A stretch of 63,619 bases of DNA, counting the filler, from Choristocarpus tenellus KU-1152 (lineage: Eukaryota > Protista > Phaeophyceae), in NCBI GenBank assembly GCA_964200185.2. It is 10 parts of 10 records of this genome, joined end to end, with 100 filler letters (N's around TTAATTAATTAA, not from the genome) between each part and the next. Parts side by side here need not be neighbours in the genome. Positions count along the whole stretch, not along the records: positions 51,487 to 57,922 come from CAXNAD020008145.1; positions 58,023 to 63,619 come from CAXNAD020010294.1; 8 more parts are not named here. One strand, given 5' to 3'. The notes beneath the pieces are model-generated. The model worked only from the letters and a program-made list of their open reading frames with translations. It did no database searches and was not told the DNA's origin. Both the position numbers and the translations under genes were made by a program. Below are positions 52,025-63,619 of the stretch, one piece after another. Each line of letters starts with the position of its first letter. Position 1 is the stretch's first letter.

Positions 52025-54535
52025 CTCCAGAGTATGTATCTGTTCCCTGTATTGTGCTACAGTCGCCTCTACACCTTCCAGGCGTAGTTCCAACTTAGGT
52101 ATAAGGGTCTGGACCATTATACAAGAGGGAATAGCAGAGAGAGAGAGAGAGAGAGAGAGATAAGAAGACAAAGATTGACAAAAAGTTACAACAGGGAAAG
52201 AGATTGACAAAAAGTTACAACATACTTGATATGATCAGTAACATACATAACATACATACATACATTCCATTTTTGTAATAATGTCAATTTCCACCTAGAT
52301 GATAAGAAATAAACTGATCACAAGACCAACATGCTGAGCAAAAAACACTAAATGTTGCAGGTGTGGCCTTGGCATCAAACAAGGATGAAGACCGATGAAC
52401 CCTAACCCTAACCCTAACCCAAGGATGAAGACCGATGGACCCTAACCCTAACCCTAACCAAGATAGACTCGTTAGCCAACCATTGGCACTGGTAGAAATC
52501 ACACCACAATAGCCATCCCTACCATGTTAGACCTATTAATACCATCAACTCAACAAAAATTAAAAACATATCTGCATGGAACATGAGTGGGTTCATGTCC
52601 TCTGTTTACACCCACCTGTCCACCCACTCAACCCCAACTACCCATCCATCCATCCATCCATCCAGTTTTTCAACACATCTAAGGCTGATTGGTCAACTCT
52701 TACAAAAGCCCTCATTTACATACATATAATATAATATAATATAATATATATTAACATAATACAAACACAATTAATAGTACAAACACCAAAGTCATTGCAC
52801 GAGAAGCAAAAAACATAAAAATGTCCAGAAACATCACAATGCAATACCAATACCAACAGTAATCCTTAGAACTCCATCAAAGAACAATTTGTACACAGTC
52901 CTAACACTGACCCTTAACCAACAAACAGTGGTATTATTGTAATAACCAACAAACAGTGGTATTATTGTAATAACCAACAAACACTGGTATTATTGTAATA
53001 ACCAACAAACACTGGTATTATTGTAATAACCAACAAACACTGGTATTATTGTAATAACCAACAAACTGACCACCTTACCTTACCTTACCTTACCTCACCT
53101 CACCTCACCTAAAGGACACCCTAACCCTTCAACATCAACCACGAACAAAAAGGCCTCCTCCCTCTCACCCAATCACATCTCGCCATCCTCTCTTTCTCAA
53201 TCTAACCCTTCCCGCCCAAGGTATACCTCTACTTGTCAAACACTCCCTTTCCCCTTCCCCCAAGGTATACCTCTACTTGTCAAAACATCCCCTTTCCCCT
53301 TCCCGCCCAAGGTATACCTCTACTTGTCAAAACATCCCCTTTCCCCTTCCCCCCCACAAGTCAATACCACATATGAATACAATGCATTCTATTGTCAACA
53401 GCTAACAGTGTTGATACTCACCTCAAGTACCCTACCCCTTGCTGTTAGTGTCTTCACCTTCCCCTCCAACTCTCTCTTAGCCTGCCTGGCAAACCTCAAG
53501 ACCTCCTCAGCCTTAGCAGCCACCTGTGACAAGCGATTGACCTCCTCTGGACTGACAACCCCTACTGAAACAGCAGACGCAGTCCCACCACCACTTCCTG
53601 ACCCTGCACCTCAATCCCCCACAGACCACATTTCAAATTTTGAAAAAAAGGATTAAAACTAAACTGAGATGTTTGTAAGACAGTAGTGGACATCTACACA
53701 TAAAAATGTATTCGGTACACTAAGTCAATATTATTATTATTGTTACTGATTATACAGTATGTATGAAATGCATCTATAATAAAATATATATATTTTCAAT
53801 ACACAAGACAGAACAATAGAACACAGATATATATACAGATAATCACATCACAATATGTTACATGTCACATAGAACTAATACAACCATATTATCTGATATT
53901 ATTATTATTAGTAGAAATAGGGTTAGGGATGGAGTACTTGCAGATTACTTGTGGATATTATTGATACACATCCTACATAAATGATAGGAAATACCTCACC
54001 AAAATAAATAAAAAATAAGAGTTTTGGGATATAAATAAGCAACCCTAACGCTATCGCCACCCCCCCAAAAAAACTATAACATGCTGTTTTTACTGTACTG
54101 TATGATAGTATATACTGTACTCAGCATCGTTGAGAAGACTTAGAGGTGAATGCAACAAATGCACAAGATTATACCAGATTTTCAAACCCTTTTGTAGGAG
54201 TCTTGAAAAAGAAACAATATGTAGCATTACCTTGTAGCCTCAGAACGCCTCCCTATCACTACAACAACAGATACCCTTGTTAGGATATATTTGTTAATAC
54301 ACACTTTAATCCGTATCGAGAAAATAACTACAATTTGGAACCAAAAAAATTCTTCTACAGAATAATTTCCGGTATTTGTTCTTTTCAACACCGACATACT
54401 TCCTACCGAAAAAATTTTGTTTCAAATTACAAAAAATCAATTCTTCAGAAAAAAAAATGCAAATGCTACATCCTTTCTTTTATTTCAGCTTCAAATTATT
54501 ACACATACACATACACGTACACACATACATACACA

Positions 54536-54571
<36 letters not shown>

Positions 54572-57095
54572 TTCTTTATTTTTTCTGGCCTTCAAAGTGT
54601 GTGGTTAATGTTATTACCTCCTCCGGTGGTCCTCATACCCCCTCGTCGAACAGAATTTCCCCCTCCCGACATTGCCCCAGAGCGGTCAATGAGCTGGCCA
54701 TCTGCTGTGACAATCCTAAAGACACATTTACCACCTTGGTAGGCGTTGGCCACTGCCGAGTCAAGATTGGGTGCCACAAGAGTGTCTCCCAGACCAAGGT
54801 ACATGGCCGGGAGGAACCTGATGCATCATCATTATTATTATTATTATTATTATTATCATCATCATCATCGAGGGGTGTTGAAATAATAAAAAATATTAAT
54901 ATATATGTATGTTTGTAGATGTAAGTACATTTTTTTTTATAGGTGGAGGTTAATCTGCAATATGGCTAATAAAACACGTTTAACAAAAAAATTAAAATAA
55001 TCCTCGAATACATTTAAGAATAGCAGTACAGTGGTGTTATTAGTCCTTCAATACTTCCCTTATATCCAAAATAATAATATTAATAATAACAATATCAATA
55101 ATAATAGTAATAACAATAATAATAAATATGAGTAGAAGTCAAAAGTGTGCTTCCATACTGGCCTATTAATACATATGTAGGCAGTCAGTCAGTCAGTTAA
55201 GTGTACAGCACTCATGCGCCATTATGGTTCCAAGGTTCAAGGAAGAACTAATCGAAGTCTGGAAGGTTTTGGACGATAAATATTTTTTACTTATTTTTAT
55301 TCCATGTTGTTGCCAACTGCAGCAACACTCTTCCGATTATGGATCAAAGGTTCATGGATGCCTCCACAGATATACAAAACTGGAACAGCCTCTCAGACAT
55401 AAAAATATAGTATTTGACAGAAATTGACAGAGCATCAACAGCACAGACAAGAGCTTAGGGTTAGGGGTGTGAGATAGCCTAGGGGTGGGGGAGGCGTCTA
55501 TGTATAATTGGCCAGAGATGGTTGTGATGAAACAGGGGTCTCAACGTTGAAGGGCAATAGGGTCAAACAAGGTTGTGCTCATGACAGTTGAGATGGTAGG
55601 ATACACACTACATGTTTCAAACATGCAGACACTTCAGTTCTTGAGGATGCATCACTTGAGTCCAAGGCATCTTTGTGTTCTGTATGTTGTCAATCACTCT
55701 ACGTTATCAATCTATCACTCTTAGTCCAAATCATATGTACCATCACTTTCCAAGCACCAAAATTATGTATGCTGAATATCGATCACTTCACTCCAAAACA
55801 TACGCAACATAATCAACCCTAACCCTAACCCTAACTCAATACTAGCAAGAAAACAGATCCGCAACAAGAAAACAATCATGTTAACTGCAAGTATTATTAT
55901 TTTTATCCATCGCTGACATCAAAAAACAAAAAAATGTTTATTTTCATTCCAAATTCAACACATCGTATACATCACATCAATTTCCTAATCCTAACCCTAA
56001 CCCATCAACCCCCACATCTGCGCTCTTACTCCCCCCCAATATGGTAGGTACTTCCTCCCCCACAAAGAACAAAATAAAAAGTAAAGTAAATAAATTTCTC
56101 GTTCTTTCTAAGAATGAATAATTATTTCGTCCCTTAATTTGTTTTTAGCAGCAAGACAAAAAACAGCAATATTAACAGCATCAAACAGTCTCTCACCTGC
56201 TTTCTGTGACCTCAACAGTATCAAACAGTCTCCCACCTCCTTTCTGTGACATTAATAGTATCAAAAGGTCTATCACCTCCTTTCTGTGACCTCAACAGTA
56301 TCAAACAGTCTCCCACCTCCTTTCTGTGACATTAATAGTATCAAAAGGTCTATCACCTCCTTTCTGTGACATCAACAGTATCAAACAGTCGCTCACCTCC
56401 TTTCTGTGACATTAATAGTATCAAACAGTCTAGTGCACCCCCTTGGAGGATGGAAAGGTCGATTCATACCATCCTTTAGATGACCTAGTCGTTCTAGTAT
56501 TACAAAGGTAGCACGACCCATGGAGTTGCTGTGGACAGGTAGGCGTGGACAGAATCACACAAGGGGGTGGGGTGGGGAGAGGATGAATCAATGTTTGTCA
56601 TAATGGTTGAATTATGATGCATGTGTATGTCTTATCTGAAAATGTCTAAAGATTCTTATTGTGATGTATTGAGGTCAGGGTTAGGGTTAGGGATAGGTCG
56701 GATTGCAGCATTAAGAGGGTACTGAGTATGGATGAGGATAGCAACTATAAATGTTAGGAAAGACAGACACTTCTGTACTACAAGATAAAAAAAACACTGA
56801 ATAATAATAATAAAAAACTGAAATAGGGTTAGGGGAAAGAGAACTAATGCAGGTGAAAGAAACATAACATTTAATTCTTCGAGTAGACATCCAAACACAT
56901 CTATTTGCACCAATCAAACGAGCGCATTCAATAATGCCTTTTTTCTGGAACAAACCCCTCAACGTCATCTCTTTTCATATGTATTACAGTGATTACAATG
57001 ATTGCAGCTCACCTCCGGAGGTACTCAACACACTGTGTTGCTCCAGCAACAGTCTCCACCACAATGTTGTCTAGCTTGGAGCATGCAGTTGAAAC
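52025..57095 (-). CDS. SMC4: Structural maintenance of chromosomes 4 (condensin), internal hinge and coiled-coil exons 57095-57013, 56528-56397, 54817-54618, ~53603-53422, 52108-52025; partial
   Basis: VSTACSKLDNIVVETVAGATQCVEYLR-SNSMGRATFVILERL...RLFDTINV..RFLPAMYLGLGDTLVAPNLDSA...RIVTADGQLIDRSGAMSGGG matches the SMC4 hinge. Splice phases are consistent. Confidence 0.9.
52917..53066. repeat. 29-bp intronic minisatellite (~5 units); a ~42-bp minisatellite follows at 53205-53355
   Basis: accaacaaaca(g/c)tggtattattgtaata repeated; ccaaggtatacctctacttgtcaaa.c..ccc repeated. Confidence 0.9.
56181..56430. repeat. 40-bp tandem repeat x6 (partly 80-bp higher order) containing an SMC4 exon end and donor site
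   Basis: Unit tcaaacagtc..(c/t)cacctcctttctgtgac.....agta. The last unit overlaps the coding exon. Confidence 0.95.
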
Positions 57096-58981
57096 CTTTT
57101 CAATGCATGAGAAGTAGTAATTAGTTGTAAGAAAACAACTAAATTGCACAATATATTATCATTATCAATAATTATTTCATTGTAAATAAATAAATAAATT
57201 AGTACAATATATCATTATCAATAGTAATTAGTCCTAAGAAATAAAATAAAATCAGTACAATATATTATAATTATTAACAGTAATTAGTCCTAAGAAATAA
57301 AATAAAATCAGTACAATATATTATAATTATTAATAGTGCATTTCTTGAACGCAGGTTGTATTGAAAATATGGTATAGTATACTACACAGAAAAAAGGAGG
57401 CTGGTCCAGGACACAAGAAACCACATAGCGCAAGGGTTAGGGTATCAGAGCGGTATGGACACAGATTATATACACTGAACAGGGTCCAAATCACTCCGGG
57501 CGTTCCAGGGCTATAAGTGAGGTGTCACCCACTACTGTGCAGAGTGAGTATTGTCAGAAACGTGTTCTGCAAACTTTATCGCTTGTACTATACTGTGGGT
57601 GAGACATTTTTACTTTCATGTATCACTACAATAATAATAATAATAATATTAAAAATAAAAATATATTTCACAGAAAGTTGTTGTCATGCTATTGAGAAAT
57701 GTATATCGAGTTTATACTCCACACAATGCGTGTACACAGTGAAAGTACCTTAGGGTTAGGGTACGAGTTTTGCCCTGTTTGTCCACTTGGGGCTTGGCTT
57801 CCCACAGTTATTATTTATTTATTACATTTTTCTACTCCAATTTTTTTTTTGGAGTAGATAAGATGTATACGTTATGAAAAGGTGTGTCCGGAACAAGGAT
57901 ATTGACACTTCCTAGCAAACATNNNNNNNNNNNNNNNNNNNNNNNNNNNNNNNNNNNNNNNNNNNNTTAATTAATTAANNNNNNNNNNNNNNNNNNNNNN
58001 NNNNNNNNNNNNNNNNNNNNNNCCCCCCCTCCCAGATACTTTGGGTCCATGATGGTTGTGTTCTAGTTAATAGTTCCAAGCGTCAAAAAATAAACATAGT
58101 GCGGAAAATCCTGTGTCAACGTCAAATGGGAAATTTGGTACAACTCTTTCCAGCTGCTGGGTCGGTGTAGTTGCGCTTCACCGTTGGTGTGTTGATGTCC
58201 TAGCGAATGTGTTATGGGTAAGTCGCAGGCGTTTCATGGAATGTATTTGGCTGAACTGGGAACTAATTGACAGACAGAACTGCCAAGAGGGTAACTGTGG
58301 AGCAAGTATCCAATGCAGGGGGACATGAGGACGTAGTCCAATGTACTCTCCAATACTCTCTGGATTTGAATAACTTAAAGTGAGGATAGCCTCAGACAAT
58401 GGTATCTCACAATGCTTCAAATGCAACACCCCACACACCTTACTATTACTAAAAACAAATCATCACAAAGGGACTCTTGCCACCTTTTTCTGCCAGGTAT
58501 CTACAAACCAATAACGGTCAAAAGATTACTGAAAGGATTTTACGTAGCAGTCAGCTCTTACCTACTCTTCTCTGACACTGGTGAGAGTGGCCTTTCATTT
58601 TTCACTAAGCGACCTTTGTGGATGCTTCTGTGATCCTCTTTCTCCCCCTCCTCCCCCTCCTCCCCCCCCCCCCCCCCCCCTTCCCCTCTTTTTTCCTCCT
58701 CCCTTTCCCCCCCCCTGTGCCCCCCCTTCCTTGCATACCAGAAGATATGTGTCAACGGAGGAAATAACGTTGGATTTAAGTCATACAATGATACCTGGGG
58801 CAACTTTATCGGATTAAGCCTGAGCCATAAACAATACCCTAAAATCTCAGAGCAATATGCACTGCAAAATGGTCTGCAATGTCATAAATTCTTGAACGAG
58901 TAACAGCGTATTTTCTTTTGTTAACCAATTTCCACGCAGAAAACACTAGCTCCTAACCTATCAATCAATGTACTTGCTCAC

Positions 58982-60867
58982 ATGATAGTTTTCTCGTTGA
59001 CTCCTCTTTTTTTTAACACAAGTCTCTTGGGCCATGCCCATATCCTCTGACAGTTCTCCTCCATCCCCAGCTGCCCTTGGCGAGAGACTTAGCTCAGCCC
59101 TCTTTAACTGTGTACGAGATTTTTCTTGACTTCCATCCCTTTGTCTGTTAGCCCCCCTCGACCCTTTCCCCTCGACTGAATGAAATTCTTCGGGGTCCCT
59201 TCCACGGCTTGGATCTTTCCGATAGTCTCTTGTCTCTGCTCCTGCCTCTCTTTTCTCCTTGCTCGTTTTCCTACCTTCAACCTTCTTAATCACCCTGACA
59301 ATATCATCGCCCTGAACATTACCTTCTCCCCCATCCAGGCATTTGTCCTGCCCAATGTCCTTCCTCTGTCTCCTTTCAGCTTGCTCAATACTTCCCTGCC
59401 CCCCACTGTAATCATCAGCCAACAAGTTATCACCTCTTTGCATGTTTTCTTTTATTATCTTCTTGTCGCCACTGCTCCCACTCCTCTCTCGACTTGAGCC
59501 CCAAACTCTATCCCACCTCCGCTCCTGTGCCTGACTTTCAGACAAATCGGTAGGGGACTTTTCGCCAACATATGGGTTCTCTCCCTTCTGATGTGTTAAA
59601 CACTCAGCACTGCCACTGCGGTCACTTGAGTCTTCCGCCCACTCATCTTTGCGTGGATGGTCCCGCTTGGGACTGGAGTGATTTGTTTTGATGTTGCGAA
59701 TACTGTGTTTCCCTCTGGCACCCTGTCTCTTGGCCTTCATTTTACGGTATTTTTCGCTAAACGTGACAATCAGGTGAAGGAGTTGGGATATTCAGTGTAG
59801 AATAGTAACAATAAAGGGGAGCCTGAGATGGAAAGGGGAAATGGGTTGATGTAGATGAATACTTTGGTGAATTACCTTTAGACTCTGAGACAAAAGAGCA
59901 AATTGCTTGAAGATTACCAAGTTTTTTCGGAGAAAGTCCTCTGCTCTGGGTCTTAGTAGGCCTTTTTACAGTGAACGCCAACCAAGTATTGAGGAAAGAC
60001 GCAAGGCACTAACCCATTTCCTCAGTATATGAATCAGTTTTATGTCAACAGCATCCCAACCACTATTCACACATTTTCCTTTTCCTTCACCTGGAAGTCC
60101 TCATTGTGAAACACCCTCAACATCTGACAATAAACCGTTAGAATTTGTACTTCATGAGAGAACCAGAACCTACCGGTAGTACTGGTCCAGTGGGTGGTCC
60201 CATGTACTTTCTCCGGTCTCTTCATTGTAGTAGTAGATCAGTCCTTCACATTCGCCTTCACCCTCCCCTGTCACCCATCCCTCAGGTACATCGGCATTCA
60301 AAGCCTGATAACAAGGATTGACCAGACAGGCGATCAGACAGGCGCCACATAGTTCCTACATAAATGACGGCCAGATTGTAGAGATGTGTATACTTCGTAG
60401 AACATTATTGTGTGCTCAAGATTAAAAGCGATCTAAGGCGTCCCTACGCCAGTGTGGGTGCAACTCGGCTCGCTCGTGCCGCTCTGAAGGGCTCGTGCTC
60501 AATAATATGTTTGCCTTCCCGTGGTCAATGTATCCTTTATCGTATCTCTGGGAAGTGGACTCGTTGCATGGAACTTGGGCAGGAATCAGAGGTGGAAGTT
60601 GATGCAAGATGCTTGATACATACAATTTGAAAGATCTTATCGATTGCTCTTAAGCATGGTCCAGTCAATCTCCTCATTGAGCAACGCTCTGGGACTATTA
60701 CCCATGCCTCGAGTCAATAAATGTCCATCACATCCCACCTCCTCAGCAATCCAAAGATAGTCCTCATCTTCAGGATCGATCCCAAGGTAAGTGGCATGCC
60801 TGTTGATTGCCTCTGTGTAATCCTCGGGATCCGAGAAATCTTCCCCGCTATTGTTTCCTTCGGCCAT
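58982..60867 (-). CDS. CEP164-like N-terminal WW-domain protein, exons 60867-60739, 60304-60174, 59756-58982; probably continues toward 58100
   Basis: HATYLGIDPEDEDYLWIAEE-ALNADVPEGW...LIYYYNEETGESTWDHPLDQYYR-EKYRKMK matches the CEP164-type helix + WW module. It is followed by a low-complexity charged exon. Orthology to CEP164 is not established. Confidence 0.75.
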
Positions 60868-62045
60868 CTTTCCCCATGCACTCTCTCAATAAGAGGTGTG
60901 GTCATTTGGGTGACAGTCGATCCAGTTCTTGTCATCTTGTCCAGTGAAACGCCATTTTCCAATTTTAATCTACCTCTCCTCGCGTTCTGCGCGCAAATTA
61001 TTGTTCTCTACAAGTAGGTTCAATGTGTGTGAACATTCTGTTTTGTAGACCTCTTCTAGAACTCTATGTATTTTATTATGTCCTCTGACAATTTCCAGAT
61101 GTGTCTGTAGAAAAACCAATGAAAAGCCAATTATTATACATAAAGCCCAGAAGGGCAGACGTCCGTGTCATGCGTTTTAAACTAGAGACGCCGTTTCCGA
61201 GGGCTAGGGGGGGGTTGACTGATTCGTGGGATTTGTCTCTTCTTTCTCCCCTGCCGCCTTCATACTGTCCTCCTACGAGCAGTCTCAACTGTTGTAGTGG
61301 TTCTATTGATAGTAAGCTTTCTTGTATTCTTGTCTTGAAATACACTAAAACTCTTGGTAGTATTGCATTTACACTATTATTGTAGATTCTCGTGTTATAG
61401 TAGTACTATTTCATATGCCCGCACACATTTTGTCGAAACAGAAGTTGTCATGTGGGAGAAAGAAGAAGGATAAAGTAAAGAAAACAAATGTAATAGCAAT
61501 AGTTTGAAGAAAACTAGGTACAGAATACATCACAAGATCACCACAATAGCAAGGTCTATCATACACACCAAGTAGTACTTTTTTAAGAGTTATTATTTTT
61601 TCAGTAGTATGGAATAATGAAATTTAAGGACATGTATGTGGTGTGGAAATGATGGAGTAACCTTTTCAACAAAACTGTGGAAGAACCCCATCACGTTGCA
61701 CTGAATTTATCTTACACCGTCATCAGTGTATCTGTAAATCGCCCCTGTGAAATTTCTGGAAAGGAATTCGTTCGGAAAATTATTTTGGTAAGGTTAAATT
61801 TAAATGAATGTTTTCGGCACAACCTTAAAAATGTTCCGGAATGAATTATCACGACTAAAAATATTTTTAAGAAAAAAATTATTTCTTAACATCGATAGCC
61901 TAGATCCAGAGCGTCCATTTGATATGCTGATCGTCGATTAACTCGTTGGGCAACCTTTTTTTTAAAAATCAAGATTATTCCCCACCAAAACGGTACACGT
62001 GGGCTAACCTCGGCTTAATACTGTTTAAGCCACTCACAGGACACG

Positions 62046-62351
62046 ATTCTGGTTGAGCGTCTTGGAGGAAACTGCTTGATGCTTCCAAAGTACCAATGTG
62101 AATTCAAACCGATGGAGATGGTCTGGGGGTGGGCGAAGCACTATGTACGAAACCACTGTGACTAAACATTGCCTGGAATGAGAGCCAACATTCCTGTCAG
62201 TCTTACGAAGGAAGGGGGGCTGTCCAGAGTACTTGTGGAGAGGTTCTTCAGGTTGAGTATTCCAACGAGAAAGGCATGCACCAAATTAGACAGGGTGTAC
62301 AAGACATTTACGTCCCACAGGAGATCTGCACCTTCAGAGTACCTCATTTGA
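62046..62351 (+). mobile_element. IS630/Tc1/mariner-superfamily (DDE_3-like) transposase C-terminal remnant with an in-frame TAA at 62163
   Basis: GGNCLMLPKYQCEFKPMEMVWGWAKHYVRNHCD*TLPGMRANIP...YKTFTSHRR corresponds to the LPxYHCELNPIExxW motif that carries the last catalytic Glu. Confidence 0.8.
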
Positions 62352-63619
62352 CTTGGCATGGATTGTCTGGTTCAGAGGCCTGGGCCCCCATGAGTGAACC
62401 TTAGCCAGCAGGTTACAACATCGCATAAAGGGGAAATAATGGAAAGAGAATGGAGAGACAACAAAGCCCATGTTCTCTGGGTGAAGATGACTTCTTCAGG
62501 CGTCAAAATCGTCCTCAAATGCGCGGTTCGCGCGCGAACTACATAATTTAAATATGATCCTGTATTTCTCACGATCACTGCAAGTTGACCAACCAAGACC
62601 CATCAAATAAGGTTAAGCATGATGATGCGATTACAACAAATGAATTTTCATGGAGAAAAATGTTGTTGATCAAAAGTTATGGCACGACAAAGTTGATGCA
62701 GGAGGCGACTGCCAACACTGTACCACGTAATCTTATTTTGTCATTTTTATTATTATACCCTCTGACATTTTGCATATGTGTCAGGGGAAAATCAACAAAA
62801 ACTATTCACATGTTAGAATAAACCCTCAAAAAGTAACACTTGTCACAAATGTGAAAAACATTAATCTATTCGCCATTTTACTACCACTTATGCTACACCG
62901 TTCTCTTCCTGTGCCTCTAACCTATCTTAGTCCTGTACTCCAGGGTGAGAGACTAGGGAGGCATTCCAATAATCTAACAAGCCCCTCCTTGCCCATCCCT
63001 CTGGTGTCTCCAGCTTAAAACGCATGACCCGTCTGGATAGGGCTACCTGTGTTGTGACAGAAACTATCTGCCGTAGATGGGATTTGACAACCATAGAGGT
63101 CGAATAATACCAAATCAAAATGTTGCGTTCCTGTATATTTGATAAATGCTCGAGTGTATGTGTTTGTTCTTGCGTTCGCTTGAGGGATACAAAATACACA
63201 GGTAAAAGTGGAGACCCAAAGTATCTGAGGGGAGGGGGGGGGTCTACACCAGGGTGTCCATTTGGGTCAAAATCAGGAAAAGTGCATTTACATTATCCGT
63301 TCGACGTATATAACCAAATCACCCCAAAACCCGACTATTGTATGCACGCACAGCAGTAGCAAGTGCTAGTAAGGCCCTGGGCCCTGCTTAATAATAATGA
63401 GAAAAGCTGTCAAGAATCAAGCCTCAGATTGGAAAACCATAAATAACAGCCGATTTCAAAAATTGAGGATGGAGATATTAATATTTTAATTTATATTTAT
63501 ATTTATTTAATATTTATTAAAAAAAAAACATATCGACACTTTATCCCAGTCAATTTTGGGTCAAGCCCATCTTCACTCTATATCTCCATCCTCGATATTT
63601 TATGTAGTGTGTTAACTGG

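Noticed and set aside
54231-54258. 28-nt micro-exon candidate in an SMC4 intron (tgtag|...aag|gtaatg)
   Set aside because: It ends in phase 2 while the next exon needs phase 1, and the flanking exons already join in frame without it.
56181-56430. Regularly spaced repeats as a CRISPR array (also 52917-53066)
   Set aside because: The units are contiguous with no unique spacers, there are no cas genes, and the context is a eukaryotic intron.
35925-57095. ParB-like gene and SMC4 in the same window, suggesting a bacterial-style ParB-SMC loading module
   Set aside because: They lie on different contigs separated by four artificial spacers, and SMC4 is an ordinary condensin subunit. There is no evidence of linkage.

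Overview
This is eukaryotic genomic DNA with intron-rich GT-AG genes and TTAGGG-type repeats. A stramenopile or brown-algal origin is my inference, not a result. The window is ten contigs joined by identical 100-bp spacers (N44-TTAATTAATTAA-N44, stops in all six frames), so adjacency across spacers is not evidence of linkage. Recognisable genes: complete RPS19 and METTL22-like genes, the 5' part of a GT8/IPUT1-like glycosyltransferase whose conserved motifs are altered, five internal SMC4 exons, and the 5' part of a CEP164-like WW-domain gene. There are also a kinase-domain fragment and several hypothetical spliced genes. Intergenic and intronic DNA carries three related MITE families (mostly 3-bp TSDs), RLE-type LINE 3' ends, a copia gag remnant, an IS630/Tc1-like transposase remnant and many minisatellites. 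The most unusual item is a 7-exon gene (35925-39849) predicted to encode a ParB/Srx-like domain, an HTH-like segment and a C-terminal Cys-rich PHD-like finger. A second, frameshifted ParB-like sequence lies at ~14666-15780 in a TE-like contig. All calls were made by eye; no database searches were run.
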